DNA from: a virus
Virus record (IMG/VR): IMGVR_UViG_3300045988_123937
Span: 1-46,615 of that record
Strand: one strand, 5' to 3'
Length of the DNA: 46,615 bases
Position 1 is the first letter of the stretch. Each line of letters begins with the position of its first letter. The translations under genes and the position numbers were made by a program. The notes below the pieces were generated by a model that saw only the letters and a program-made list of their open reading frames with translations, was not told where the DNA came from and made no database searches. Shown piece by piece: positions 1 to 10,484 of this stretch.

Positions 1-99
1 CTGCCCGAATTGGGCTATATACACCGGCTTCGTGTAGTCGAGGTTGTAGAGATCGAGAGCCGTGAGTTTTGCCCGAATGGTGATGATCCGCAGACGGTC
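1..99. repeat. 99-bp terminal overlap, identical to 46517..46615 (closure of a circular assembly)
   Basis: ctgcccgaattgggc...gatccgcagacggtc occurs at both ends, compared base by base. Confidence 0.9.
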
Positions 100-1824
100 A
101 ACGACTTTCTGATAGGATGAATATCGGGTCTTTACGATACCTTCCTCGCCGCCGAATTTCATCCACGGATCGAACACCCCGATGCAGCGGGCAATGCCCG
201 ACATAAACGCTCCACGCCCCGATAGAATGCGTGGTGAGCACTCCGAATAATTGGCGCCGCCTTTTCCGTTATCCTCATAGATCGGCACAACGGCGCAATT
301 TACCCCGTCCGTCGTTGCATTTTCAGATGCAGAGAAAGGCAGCGACACCAGCTCCGTTTCTTTCTCGATGTTTTCGTTGCGGATCGTGATGGTGCCGTGC
401 GTGTCAGCCTTTACATCGTCGTCGTTGTCGTAGTCGAGGATGTTGCTTTGCGCGAGGTCGTCGATGGTGAACATCGAGGCGTCTGGCATATCGACTCGGT
501 GCAGGTCATTCAGGATAGCCCGGTCGCTCCAGTCGATGATGTCGTTTTTCTGAACATTGGCGATTATGTCATCGATGCTTATCAGCTTGATCGTGTTCGG
601 GCTATTCTTGTCCGCATAGGCGAACAGACCGTTCATGGACATCAGGGCGAGGATAAAATCGCCCTGGGAAATGTCGGGGAGATTGGGGGCGACATAAAAA
701 GCATTCGGATAGCTAATTTCGAAGTTGTCAAAGTCGCCGAAAACTAAAACGTCGCCCACAAGATACTCATCGGGCAAGACGTCTGTTGATTCGAAGTTGA
801 CATTAAACCCTGTATATTGGGATGCGCCATTTATGTTAAGTACTAAAGCACTAAACCATACTTTGCCATTTTTAGTATTATACGGGGACGTTTCCTTATA
901 TAATACGTCCCGCTCTCCCGTATAACGAACGCCATATATAGACATGGTTGCAGTACCATCTTTCTCTTCACCATAACTCGGCCAATTAAATTTAACATAA
1001 AACTTATCGGCATCCGAAGAAGAAATTGATATTTTGATAGCTGTTGCTCCATTGTTCTTAAACCCCATAGTGCCGGATGGGAACCCAACGATACCAGCTT
1101 GGTCATGTCCATTAAAATACAAATTCATGGATATGGGGCTTTCTTCATTTGATTTGTACGCATAGTTATGTTCATAGTCTGCATTTTTTGATACAAGCGG
1201 AATAATAGGCCCAAGATTCTTGCTGTACGCCAGCCGCTCCTTGCCGTCGATAGTGATCCCGTTATACTTTTCGATAGCCGAAAGAATTGTTTTCACCTGC
1301 ACGGACGGATGCAAATACTTGGGGTTCGACAGTCCCATTCCGAAATTCACGCCCCAAAACGCTACACCGGGGTATTTACTGGTAGTGTTTCCCTCCAGAA
1401 TCGCTGTATTCTCATTCCAGTCAATGTGGTCCGCTCCGAGTTCTTCCAGTTGCGGCCCCAAATCCCGCAGGCCGTTATCAAACAGAGGCTGAAAGTTATC
1501 CACGTTGCCCCACGTAAGTGTTACATTGATCGTATCCGCAATATCCGTTGCCACGGCGAACCCCTGCGTGAACAGTGGCACCCCGTCCTGATACAACATC
1601 GCCGGAAGTCGTACATACGGAGCGTCAGCATCCACATCCGGGCGGGCGGCCTGACCTATAGCCCGCATATTGGCAGGCGTAGGCGGCAGCGCAATATTGT
1701 AGGAACGGTTCGACTGGATGCTGTCGAGGTTCGAAAATATCGGACTTTGATAGAGCAGGGTTACGACCTCGTCGCTCGAAAGGTCGCACAGAATATCGTT
1801 GATGTATAGTTCGTAGGTTGTCAT
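1..1824 (-). CDS. N-terminal 608 codons of a 736-aa tail-associated structural protein; continues at 46516..46130
   Basis: ATG at 1824 overlaps the stop of the upstream gene (ATGA). The frame is open to base 1 and is phase-continuous with ORF 46130..46540. It lies immediately upstream of the tape measure gene. Confidence 0.8.
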   Translation of the reverse strand, partial: MTTYELYINDILCDLSSDEVVTLLYQSPIFSNLDSIQSNRSYNIALPPTPANMRAIGQAARPDVDADAPYVRLPAMLYQDGVPLFTQGFAVATDIADTINVTLTWGNVDNFQPLFDNGLRDLGPQLEELGADHIDWNENTAILEGNTTSKYPGVAFWGVNFGMGLSNPKYLHPSVQVKTILSAIEKYNGITIDGKERLAYSKNLGPIIPLVSKNADYEHNYAYKSNEESPISMNLYFNGHDQAGIVGFPSGTMGFKNNGATAIKISISSSDADKFYVKFNWPSYGEEKDGTATMSIYGVRYTGERDVLYKETSPYNTKNGKVWFSALVLNINGASQYTGFNVNFESTDVLPDEYLVGDVLVFGDFDNFEISYPNAFYVAPNLPDISQGDFILALMSMNGLFAYADKNSPNTIKLISIDDIIANVQKNDIIDWSDRAILNDLHRVDMPDASMFTIDDLAQSNILDYDNDDDVKADTHGTITIRNENIEKETELVSLPFSASENATTDGVNCAVVPIYEDNGKGGANYSECSPRILSGRGAFMSGIARCIGVFDPWMKFGGEEGIVKTRYSSYQKVVDRLRIITIRAKLTALDLYNLDYTKPVYIAQFGQ

Positions 1825-2828
1825 AGATATTCGTATCTTACTATTTCAACGACCAAATCTTGCATCGGTGCGCCCGTGTCTTCGGATTCCGAATCTTCAA
1901 CCATGAAACGCACCCAATTGCCCGCATCCGGGTCGTACATGAACAAATCCTGGCATCCGAGGATCGTGCGGCACAAGTTGAAAACATCCCTTTCAACAAT
2001 GCGACTATGCAAGGTATAGCGTTTGGCCAGCGTCTTGTTCTGCACGTCGTGAGGTGTCAGCGTATCGTCGAGTTGATGATAGGTAGATCTCGCAGACATT
2101 TCGTCGGTTTGGGATTCCGGCGTCCATCGGTATAAATAGGGGATACCGGCAGCATCCGTCCATTTCAGAAATATCCCCTTGGTGCAATAATCGTAGTAAG
2201 TTCGTATCTCCGCATTATAGTCTGTCGGGGTGGCTCCCACAGCAAGCGGCTTGCCAAGGTCTTCAGATGGGATTTTTGCCGGATCAAACGGGATGATGGG
2301 AGAAAATGCCGAATTTCCGATGTATTTCTCTGTTGTTGTCGAGGAGGGCGTAAGCACGAAAAGCTCGCCCGTTTGTTCCGGGAAAAATAGCGACTGCTCG
2401 AATCCTGCGTTCGGATAGACCACAATGCAAGGGGCAGCGGGATAGAATTGTGAAATATTTTCCCCATCTCCCCATCCGGGGAGAATCTCTCGGTCTGCAA
2501 ATCCGGGGACTGCGTAAAGAGCCGGTCCAACATGGTCATATTCGGAGGCAGTAATTACATAGGTGATTGAATTCGATTTGGTCCCTTTTATCAGACTTTC
2601 GCATATTTGTCCAACAGGAAATACCGCCACACCTTTGTCGTTAGTTTTGCGTGTCAAGGTGATAGACCTAGTGAATGTCCAATCGGACCCTCCTGTCAAT
2701 TTAAGGGACACGTCTATATTCCCCTTTTGGGAGAGCAGTTCAACCCGAAAATACGCAAAACGGCCCCGGGTCTCGAAGATATCCTCTGGGCGGGTTACCT
2801 TGAATACGTCATTTGTGTGCAATATCAT
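1821..2828 (-). CDS. Virion structural protein, 335 aa (function unknown, tail region)
   Basis: Long ORF, ATGA-type overlaps with both neighbours in the late operon. Confidence 0.75.
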   Translation of the reverse strand: MILHTNDVFKVTRPEDIFETRGRFAYFRVELLSQKGNIDVSLKLTGGSDWTFTRSITLTRKTNDKGVAVFPVGQICESLIKGTKSNSITYVITASEYDHVGPALYAVPGFADREILPGWGDGENISQFYPAAPCIVVYPNAGFEQSLFFPEQTGELFVLTPSSTTTEKYIGNSAFSPIIPFDPAKIPSEDLGKPLAVGATPTDYNAEIRTYYDYCTKGIFLKWTDAAGIPYLYRWTPESQTDEMSARSTYHQLDDTLTPHDVQNKTLAKRYTLHSRIVERDVFNLCRTILGCQDLFMYDPDAGNWVRFMVEDSESEDTGAPMQDLVVEIVRYEYL

Positions 2829-3388
2829 AATTCTATCGTCGCATCTAATAGTTGATAAATGGATGTATCGAGTTCCTCTGTTATTTTTTTGCTGATTCTA
2901 TCGACAACTTCGGGCAGTAAGTCTTTCATTATCTCCGTTCCTCCGCCCTTTTGATAAAGCACGCTTCCGCGATCCCAGACGCTTGAAGCGACGCCATATG
3001 CGTTTATCGATCTTGGGCCAAGGTTCCATCTCGATTCTTTAACCCGCGCCCACCGCTCTATCGCGTTCCGGAATGCCTCGAAGCTGCCGAACTCCTCTTG
3101 CACATCCTGTGGGGAACTTCCTTCGTCGATATTCTTGATGCCTTTGCGCCCGACAAATGAGACCGTAAGTCCACCATTTGTAGCTTCATGGATGGTTTTA
3201 AGGCTTTCAGCCGTTGCGCCGGTCGTCTCCTCCGGAAGCCCCAAAGCGTTGACATCGGCGCCGCTGTTGGTCCTCTTGGTCATTATATTGAAGGCGATCT
3301 GCTCGGCGAGCGGACCGAACTCGTATTCACAGATGGTGATGATCCGCTCGGGGCTGAATATCTCCTCTATTTGCCGGATGGTGGGCAT
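2825..3388 (-). CDS. Hypothetical structural-module protein, 187 aa
   Basis: ORF tightly packed in the late operon (ATG 3388; stop overlaps the next start). Confidence 0.7.
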   Translation of the reverse strand: MPTIRQIEEIFSPERIITICEYEFGPLAEQIAFNIMTKRTNSGADVNALGLPEETTGATAESLKTIHEATNGGLTVSFVGRKGIKNIDEGSSPQDVQEEFGSFEAFRNAIERWARVKESRWNLGPRSINAYGVASSVWDRGSVLYQKGGGTEIMKDLLPEVVDRISKKITEELDTSIYQLLDATIEL

Positions 3389-3389
3389 A

Positions 3390-3806
3390 TCAGCAGATGT
3401 TATAGGTCATCGTAGCGCTTAGGGTTACGCCGGCCACCAATACGTCGAATTTGCCGTAAAAGGGCGTCGCGTTGGCCACAAGCTCTACTTCGATACCCAT
3501 CGACCGCATCCGGTTGATAAATGCAAAGGCGCGTTCTTCCATCTTTTCGACGATTGGCTGCACTTCGATCTCCGTGTCCGGCTCCGCTTTCCCGAGGGCG
3601 TCGCAGAAATAGAGCGTCGTCGTCCGGCGTCGCATGTCCGACATCCGTGTTTCGGAAATCGTCTCGTTGAACTGACGGAGCAATACGGGGTATTGCTTTA
3701 CGTCATCCATCAGATAATTAGCTTCAGCTATCCGGGCGTACATATAGGAGCACAGTCCCTCCGCCTCGGCGCACTCTCTGAATATCTCGTTAATGCTTTT
3801 TTTCAT
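3390..3806 (-). CDS. Hypothetical head-tail joining/completion protein, 138 aa
   Basis: Position between the capsid and tail genes; coupled start and stop. Confidence 0.65.
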   Translation of the reverse strand: MKKSINEIFRECAEAEGLCSYMYARIAEANYLMDDVKQYPVLLRQFNETISETRMSDMRRRTTTLYFCDALGKAEPDTEIEVQPIVEKMEERAFAFINRMRSMGIEVELVANATPFYGKFDVLVAGVTLSATMTYNIC

Positions 3807-4462
3807 CGTCTCCGTCTCCCGTTAGATTTGTTCGCTTCATAGATGGCTCGCTGTTCCATGTTGTCGCACTTGCAGGCTTCGAATGCTTCGTATACTGTCG
3901 CCCACGGCGTATTCCATGCTTTATTCATATCTACGGCGCCGTTCATTATCTGGCAGTATTTGCGGCAGACGGCAACAAGACCGCGATTAGGTCGCTTGAC
4001 ACGCGCTTTCATCTCGGCGGCCGTGAGGGGCATTTCCAGCTTTTCCCACGATTTGCCGATACCTTCCAACCCTTTCTGTATGGCAATGAAATAGCGCTGG
4101 GCACGGATGAACCGGAGGCGTCCGATTTGCTCCTCGTCTATGCTGAACTCCGCGTTCCAGTCCGGATTGCCGTCAACGCCTATGCGGTTGAATTTCGTGA
4201 GCCCGAGCATCACGCCGAGCACGATGCAAAAATATTCGTACGACGGTTTACGGGCTTCGATGGCGTTCAGTTCGCCCATAGTGATGTCGGCAATGTCACG
4301 CACGGGCAGCCGTTTGTCGAACCACATTCGGCGTTTCATAGGCACGAACTCCGGCTCCGGAAGGCCTTGTATGGCTTTTACGATACGTTCGGTACCCATG
4401 CTGAATAATGCACGGTTGCGCATCACAACATCACTAACCGTATCTTTGGGGGTTATCTTCAT
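3803..4462 (-). CDS. Hypothetical structural-module protein, 219 aa
   Basis: ORF 3803..4513 trimmed to the ATG at 4462, which overlaps the upstream stop (ATGA). Confidence 0.65.
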   Translation of the reverse strand: MKITPKDTVSDVVMRNRALFSMGTERIVKAIQGLPEPEFVPMKRRMWFDKRLPVRDIADITMGELNAIEARKPSYEYFCIVLGVMLGLTKFNRIGVDGNPDWNAEFSIDEEQIGRLRFIRAQRYFIAIQKGLEGIGKSWEKLEMPLTAAEMKARVKRPNRGLVAVCRKYCQIMNGAVDMNKAWNTPWATVYEAFEACKCDNMEQRAIYEANKSNGRRRR

Positions 4463-4938
4463 AGGTTGTAAGTATTGATCGGTTCGAATATCTCCGCGTA
4501 AAAGTCCGGGCACAGCTTAACATCGTCAACGATGCGGATGATCTCTCGGCATTCGTCTACCATATCGTTCCACACGCGGACGAGCCGATGTGTCGGAGAT
4601 GTTCGGGTGCTGCTTTCGGTGTTCTTCAGCTTTTCCCCGGCAACGGTGTTGAATGTCATATAGTCGCGCGAGTAGTAGAAATAGATATACTTGGCAATTA
4701 CGGATGCCCCCTTGTCCGGTTGAGCCAGCAGCGCCACAATAGCTGGGTAATCCTCAATATTGTCGGCGACATCCGACCCCAGAAGCATTCGCAGAAACCG
4801 AGGTTCGTACTTGGCGATATATGCCTGAATATCGCTTATGATTTTGGGGGCAGGTCCGGCGGGTTTACCGTCGCTCTTGGTCTCTATCCCCGCAATATAT
4901 GTCTCGGGGTAGGTGAAATATCGCTCGTCTAAGATCAT
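4459..4938 (-). CDS. Putative head-tail adaptor/connector protein, 159 aa
   Basis: Second gene downstream of the major capsid gene, after the 65-aa ORF; the call rests on synteny only. Confidence 0.55.
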   Translation of the reverse strand: MILDERYFTYPETYIAGIETKSDGKPAGPAPKIISDIQAYIAKYEPRFLRMLLGSDVADNIEDYPAIVALLAQPDKGASVIAKYIYFYYSRDYMTFNTVAGEKLKNTESSTRTSPTHRLVRVWNDMVDECREIIRIVDDVKLCPDFYAEIFEPINTYNL

Positions 4939-4985
4939 GGTATTTTATTTGAAGATAGGGGCGGCGTGTTGCCGCCCCTATCCGG

Positions 4986-5183
4986 TTACTCCTCCAGGGC
5001 CTTTTTATAGAACCCTTTGGCGATCATCATTTCCGCAGTTGCCCGCGATTTGATGAGTATTTCGCCCTTGTTGATCCCGTCATGCGCTCTAATGACTTCG
5101 ACGCGCAGGACGTTGGCTTTAAGGGCGCGACGATCGCGCCTAACGGGGGCGCGTGTCATAGCTGCTTCATCTTTCGCTTTCAT
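4986..5183 (-). CDS. Small hypothetical protein, 65 aa
   Basis: ATG 5183, 3 nt after the capsid gene stop; same strand and operon. Confidence 0.55.
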   Translation of the reverse strand: MKAKDEAAMTRAPVRRDRRALKANVLRVEVIRAHDGINKGEILIKSRATAEMMIAKGFYKKALEE

Positions 5184-5186
5184 GGG

Positions 5187-6488
5187 TTACTCGGTCGGTC
5201 CTGCTGTTGCTTTCTCGATGGCGGCCAGAGCGGTGTTGATGTCGGCGACATAGATATTCGCTTTCATATCCGGCCGTGTAACGAGGGCTTGCCCGCGATA
5301 CCACAGCCACAGACGATACGAATCCGTCTCCGGGACGCGCTCGATCTCCATAGTGATATTGCGCTTGTCGTGCAGCTGGAGCGTCGTGGAATCGAGCACG
5401 ACGAGCTCCGAGGCCGAGAGTTTCGGGGTCGGGATAATCGTCATGCCATGCACCGACAAGGCCCCATTGGGCAGCACCGTGATGTAGTCGCCGAGGGTGT
5501 TCTTCAGCGTGCGCATCTTGAATTCGGTGGCATAGTTCATCAGCACGTAATTCGGAGCCATCGAATCGTTGGTCTCGATCTTTGCCTGCGTTTTCATGGC
5601 GAGGATCAGGTCGGCGATGTTCGGTGCTGACGCGCTGGTTGCCACACCCGCCGTCGTTGCATTGAATGCCGTAACGCCGGATGTTTTCAGTCCGTAGATG
5701 TGTTTGGGCTTGGAGGCATCCACGCCGTCACCGCCCCACAGCAGAGAATCGAGTTTGGCTGCGATCCCCTGCTGGGCCTTCGTCTGCGCCCATGCCAGGA
5801 AGTACCCGAAATCTTCGGCGCTCTCAGCCGAGAAAGGAAGCACGGAACCGAGTTTTGCCAGCTCACGGTATTTGCCCGTAAGCGTGGCGGTGTCGGTATT
5901 GGTGTGTTTTGTCATCTCCTCTGCATACCCGGTGCCGTCGGTGTAGGAAGCATCGTTGTACATGATGCGGTTCTTGTCGTCGGGCACATTGATGTGCGTG
6001 AAGAGTTGCACGAACGCATTGCGGGGGCTGGCGTCTGCGTAAATCTTCGTCGTCAGCACGGTGCGGTTGGGGTCTTCGTTCGTCACGGCCGACGTGTCGA
6101 GTTTGAGCGCGAACTCACCCGTCGATACTCTGCCTCGTCCGTTCCGCATATCCTTATATGCGGCGGCGAACTCTTCCGATTTCAGCACCTCTTCCATAGC
6201 GGCGACCAGCGTTTTGTGTCCCTCCTGCTTGGGAGCGCCTTTCTTCATCGTGGCGATCTCGACGCCTTGAGCTTTAAGCGCGCCCTCCAGTTTTTCGATC
6301 TTCGCCGGCGACAGCCCGAGTTTCCCGAACTCCTCCTTGACAGCCTCGACGATCTCGTTCTGTGACTTGATGCCTGCGGCCATCTCCTCGAACTGCCCTT
6401 TGATATAATCTCCGAGCGCGTTCAGGCCTTTTTTCTCATCCTCGCTGAACTCTACGCCAGCGGGAAGCACAAATGATTTAATCTCCAT
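5187..6488 (-). CDS. Major capsid protein, HK97 fold, with an N-terminal coiled-coil delta domain
   Basis: 433 aa, follows the prohead protease; charged helical N-terminus followed by a capsid-like body. Confidence 0.85.
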   Translation of the reverse strand: MEIKSFVLPAGVEFSEDEKKGLNALGDYIKGQFEEMAAGIKSQNEIVEAVKEEFGKLGLSPAKIEKLEGALKAQGVEIATMKKGAPKQEGHKTLVAAMEEVLKSEEFAAAYKDMRNGRGRVSTGEFALKLDTSAVTNEDPNRTVLTTKIYADASPRNAFVQLFTHINVPDDKNRIMYNDASYTDGTGYAEEMTKHTNTDTATLTGKYRELAKLGSVLPFSAESAEDFGYFLAWAQTKAQQGIAAKLDSLLWGGDGVDASKPKHIYGLKTSGVTAFNATTAGVATSASAPNIADLILAMKTQAKIETNDSMAPNYVLMNYATEFKMRTLKNTLGDYITVLPNGALSVHGMTIIPTPKLSASELVVLDSTTLQLHDKRNITMEIERVPETDSYRLWLWYRGQALVTRPDMKANIYVADINTALAAIEKATAGPTE

Positions 6489-6508
6489 TCTTCTTTGTGT
6501 TTTTTTGG

Positions 6509-7210
6509 TTAATTGATATGTGAACCTATTTTCCCGAACATATTTTCAGTGAGTGGTTTCTCCGGCTCGGCTGCGTTCAATGTCTCGATGATTTGCTTTT
6601 TGATCTTCATTTTCTCCTCCAATGACGCCGCATTGAGAGCATCGCTCATAACCTTGATGGCGTCCGGTAAACTCTTCACAGCACCGACGAATGCCGTTTC
6701 CTCGTTGGCTCCGGCAGTAACGACGGATATTTCATGCAACACGACTTCCTTAACGATGAACGCGTCGAGGGCTTCGTCATATTCCATTTTGTCCCATACG
6801 TAATTGAATCCGAACGAGAACTGATTAATATCGCCGTCTTTGAGCTGGAACCACGCGCGCTTTGCATTCGGCACCGCGTCGAAGTTGCTCAGCTTAACTT
6901 CTGCATATGCACCGTCTTCACGCTCTTCGATAGACAGTATCCGGCCGATAGGGTCGGCGAAATCATGTTGCCATACGAACGCGATTTTGCGGTTTGTGGC
7001 CGATCCCGGGCCCCTGTCGTTAATGGACTTGGCGAAGCATCCTTTGATAAGAATATCGCCCGCGCTGTCCTTGTTGCCGAAATTGGCGAACTTCACGAGG
7101 ATAATATGCTCGTCCTCGTTCGCAATGTCCGCTTTTGTCACGGCGAACTCTTTGCGGCAAGTGCTGCCCATTGCCGCCCGGCGCGCTTCTATTTGCTGAG
7201 ATAAGTTCAT
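6509..7210 (-). CDS. Prohead maturation protease (HK97 family)
   Basis: 233 aa between portal and capsid; FANFGNKDSAGD...VWQHD...PIG pattern typical of HK97 proteases. Confidence 0.8.
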   Translation of the reverse strand: MNLSQQIEARRAAMGSTCRKEFAVTKADIANEDEHIILVKFANFGNKDSAGDILIKGCFAKSINDRGPGSATNRKIAFVWQHDFADPIGRILSIEEREDGAYAEVKLSNFDAVPNAKRAWFQLKDGDINQFSFGFNYVWDKMEYDEALDAFIVKEVVLHEISVVTAGANEETAFVGAVKSLPDAIKVMSDALNAASLEEKMKIKKQIIETLNAAEPEKPLTENMFGKIGSHIN

Positions 7211-7211
7211 G

Positions 7212-8450
7212 TTATACGATATATTTCAAAAGTTCTGTTTTAGCCTGCTCCGTAGTCATCAGACCTCCGGACACGGCGTTATTCAAGGCATTTACAAGAT
7301 TGGTCATGCCCGCCGCCTGTTCGCGCTTAGATTCTTGGAATAACTCAAGATGATCGTAGTAGGGCATAACCTTGAAATCCTCAAAGCCATATATCCTGTT
7401 GAGCACGGAGAATATATTATTTGCCTCGGGGATTATCGCGTCGTTATATAATATCGTTTTCGCTTCTTTGGCGTTGGCGTACGTTGAACCCTCTACGTCG
7501 AGCAGCACGCTCGGCACTTGGTAGATGTCCGCGATTTCCTTCTTGCAGGCTTTCTGCACGTCTGTCAGTCCCAGATCGGTAATCGTTGACGATACCGGAC
7601 TTACGGCAGCTTTCATGGACGTGATAGCGTATTTGAATTGATCGGCCCGGATGCCGTACTTTCTGAATGCCTGTTGTATGTTATTCTTCTCCGACTCTGT
7701 TTCCGGCAGCCGAGCATCTCGAATAATATCGCCGCTTCCGGATGTCAGCGAGATAATAGCCAGCATACCGCGGTTGATCATCAGTTCATGCACAGCTTCG
7801 TAGGATGCTACGAAAGTATTCACCGGCTCCTGTAATGATACCATTCGGGAGATGTTGCCGCCGCAAGCATTGAGATCATAAGAGGCATCTCTAACGATGA
7901 ACATATCTTCTTTGGCTATCTTCATCGAAGACCCGCAAATGATCACCGTGTAATCCACGATATCCGCATCGGGCATGAACGATAACGCCGGAGATATTGC
8001 GGCATTTTCCGTGACGCAAAGATTGGGGACAACGAACAGCTCGAAAGCTCCCGGAAGCCCCACCGATTCCATGCGTACGATATAGGCTTTGCCGAAAATC
8101 TGCGTCATGGCCTCGATGTGTGCCACGAAGTCCGCGATGCCCTGCACGCTATTAGGATGCGACATGGTCCGCACGGCGTCCGGTCGTTCGAGGTCTTCAC
8201 CATCTTCCGTGGTGGCTGCAAGACGTAGATTCTTAATTGCCGCGCATTTCTTCGAGATTACAGACATCAGCGGCGAGCAAAGTGCGTATGCTTTGGCTTG
8301 TCCCGCTTTGCCCCTGGTGTCGATCGTCCCCACGGTTTCAGTTGATCCCTGAAATACCGGAGGTACGCCGATGTAGCTCAATGTCGATGCCGGCAAATTT
8401 GAGGCTGTATTATTGCTTTTCCTGCGTATTTCGTAGCCGAATAGATTCAT
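7212..8450 (-). CDS. Portal protein
   Basis: 412 aa directly downstream of the large terminase and upstream of the protease. Confidence 0.85.
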   Translation of the reverse strand: MNLFGYEIRRKSNNTASNLPASTLSYIGVPPVFQGSTETVGTIDTRGKAGQAKAYALCSPLMSVISKKCAAIKNLRLAATTEDGEDLERPDAVRTMSHPNSVQGIADFVAHIEAMTQIFGKAYIVRMESVGLPGAFELFVVPNLCVTENAAISPALSFMPDADIVDYTVIICGSSMKIAKEDMFIVRDASYDLNACGGNISRMVSLQEPVNTFVASYEAVHELMINRGMLAIISLTSGSGDIIRDARLPETESEKNNIQQAFRKYGIRADQFKYAITSMKAAVSPVSSTITDLGLTDVQKACKKEIADIYQVPSVLLDVEGSTYANAKEAKTILYNDAIIPEANNIFSVLNRIYGFEDFKVMPYYDHLELFQESKREQAAGMTNLVNALNNAVSGGLMTTEQAKTELLKYIV

Positions 8451-9685
8451 TATGCAGCTATTTGAATAAGATTCTTGAATTCAGACTGAACGGCATATCT
8501 GGCAGCGTCCCATAGATGGTTGAATTCGTCGTGCGGGTAGTTTATGGCGATGCCGTTCACCGTCTCCCACACGTACGAGTTTGCTTCTATCTGCATGTTG
8601 CGCGAACGCACGCAATGTATCTTGCATCCTTTCATGGACGTGATGCCGTCCATGACAGACCCCGGGTATTTCCGCACGGGGATGACCGTAAGCCCTTTAA
8701 TGCGCATTGCGGTTATCATGCTTTCGGGGGATTTGGCATATTTGTCGGCGCTATCTGCATAACATCGGGATACTCCGTTTGAGAAGTGCGGCGAAAGCGC
8801 TGCATATAATTTCGAAGTGTCGTCGATAGGCTGATATATCAGCTCCTGCAAATAAAGATGGTTCGGGGCGCGGAATCCGACACGTACGCAGGCCGTGGGG
8901 TCTGCTGTGAATCCGAAGTCGAGGCCCAATACAACGCGTTCGATGTCTTCGGGGAATTCGTCGATCCAGTCGATGTCGGGGAATATCAGCCCCTCCTGCG
9001 CGGCACGTACTCCGAGGCCGTACACTTTCCAGCGCCATTCGTCGGCAGTTCCGGCGGCGATATTCTCGGGAGTGGGTTCGTATCCCTCGATTGTGCGGCG
9101 AACCCCCGCCGGGCAGAAGGGATTATCCTTGTACGTCGTGTGCGTGAAAATAGTATCCGGAGCGCCCTCCATATGGAACGCCCAATGCTCCGTGTATTTT
9201 GGGTTCCAGTCGCCAATGACCATCCGCGTGCAACGCATGGTGATATTGTCGAATTGCGCACGGCTTACACCGTCGAGCATCTCGTTGAAATATACGATGT
9301 CGCAGTCATGGCCCTCTTTGACATCCATTTTGTCGAGACCCCGGAAACGAATCACGCTATCCTTGATGCGATATTCGGGGAGAATGTTTTCGCCACGCAT
9401 ACAATCGGGATCGTATGCGCCGCGTAATTGCAGCTTCTTGCGGAAGTCGTCCAGCGTCTTTTCCTTGCAATCTTGAAGCGTGGCCCGATAACAGTATATT
9501 TTAAGAGGTACGGACGATGATGCGCAGATGTCATACAGAAAGTCTGCCGTGTCGAAAGTTTTTCCGGATCGGGAGCTTCCTTCGTCGAAGATACGGACGA
9601 CGGCGCCGCTCCCGGCGTATAGCTGGTAGAGGTACATCTTGACTTTGTAGGTCTTGCCTCTGTATGTTACGGGATCGGGCGTCAT
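8450..9685 (-). CDS. terL: Terminase large subunit
   Basis: 411 aa; Walker A-like GSSRSGKT; C-terminal nuclease-like half; canonical position. Confidence 0.9.
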   Translation of the reverse strand: MTPDPVTYRGKTYKVKMYLYQLYAGSGAVVRIFDEGSSRSGKTFDTADFLYDICASSSVPLKIYCYRATLQDCKEKTLDDFRKKLQLRGAYDPDCMRGENILPEYRIKDSVIRFRGLDKMDVKEGHDCDIVYFNEMLDGVSRAQFDNITMRCTRMVIGDWNPKYTEHWAFHMEGAPDTIFTHTTYKDNPFCPAGVRRTIEGYEPTPENIAAGTADEWRWKVYGLGVRAAQEGLIFPDIDWIDEFPEDIERVVLGLDFGFTADPTACVRVGFRAPNHLYLQELIYQPIDDTSKLYAALSPHFSNGVSRCYADSADKYAKSPESMITAMRIKGLTVIPVRKYPGSVMDGITSMKGCKIHCVRSRNMQIEANSYVWETVNGIAINYPHDEFNHLWDAARYAVQSEFKNLIQIAA

Positions 9686-10191
9686 TCCTTCACTGTCATT
9701 TTGCCGATGGACTGAATGATCTTGGCAGCTTCGGGATCGAGGACCACGGAAATAGGCTGTGTTGCGGCCGTTATCGCCTTGCCGTTGGTTGTCACATCCT
9801 GGCGGTCGGCAAGATGCAGAACGCGCGATGCAATTGTCGGGTTATACTGCTCACACATAGCGCCCTCCAACTGATCGGATTCGATTCGCGCGCGCACGCG
9901 TGCACACACGCTCAAAAATTCATCCTGCTTTTCGTATTCCCGGAAAGTATTCTCTACAATCTCCGCGAACACGCAGAATCCTACAAGTGTCAGCGGTCGT
10001 TCGTAAGGTACGGGAATAACAGAGCCGTCGGCCAATACCTTGTTGCTGTATCGTGGATTCGCTTTCACCCATTTTGCATACTCCTCGAACTTGACTTCAA
10101 GAGCTTCGGGGGTATATGCACGAGGGCGGCCCACTTTGCGGGCGGGCTTGCTGTCGAGTGTCTTATTGGGTCCTTCCGTTCTCTTTGCCAT
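9682..10191 (-). CDS. terS: Terminase small subunit (DNA-recognition component)
   Basis: GRP...TPEAL..KFEEY..PLTLVGF pattern of small terminases; ATG 10191 is preferred over the upstream GTG at 10224. Confidence 0.75.
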   Translation of the reverse strand: MAKRTEGPNKTLDSKPARKVGRPRAYTPEALEVKFEEYAKWVKANPRYSNKVLADGSVIPVPYERPLTLVGFCVFAEIVENTFREYEKQDEFLSVCARVRARIESDQLEGAMCEQYNPTIASRVLHLADRQDVTTNGKAITAATQPISVVLDPEAAKIIQSIGKMTVKE

Positions 10192-10406
10192 AGAAAAAGG
10201 GTCTGCGGCCGGATGAATAGCCACAGACCCTCGTTCCCAGGAAACCTACTACCAACAACGTGTCCTTTCGTCGTTAAGATTCGCGGTTATTGCCGCTTTT
10301 CTTGTCCGTGGCCTGCTTCATCACAGGCTTACGATGCAAAGGAGCGAACCCTCGGCACATTGTGCAATAGTTTGACGAAAAATTTTCAGATTTTTTGAAA
10401 AAATGT

Positions 10407-10437
10407 TTTGCATATTCAAATTAAATGCTTATATTTG
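10407..10437 (+). promoter_or_regulatory. Bacteroidota-type promoter for the 10485 operon
   Basis: TTTG at 10407-10410 and TATATTTG at 10430-10437, 19-nt spacer, about 48 nt upstream of the ATG. Confidence 0.6.
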
Positions 10438-10484
10438 CAATACCAAAACAACTAAACAAGGCCGACGGGCCATAAGCGGCAACT

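Noticed and set aside
5082-6365. Plus-strand ORFs of 182 and 221 aa opposite the major capsid gene
   Set aside because: These are shadow ORFs antisense to a confidently identified HK97-type capsid gene, with no operon context on the plus strand.
8858-10398. Plus-strand ORFs (189, 193 and 244 aa) opposite the terminase genes
   Set aside because: They are antisense to terL and terS, and the 244-aa ORF runs through the divergent promoter region.
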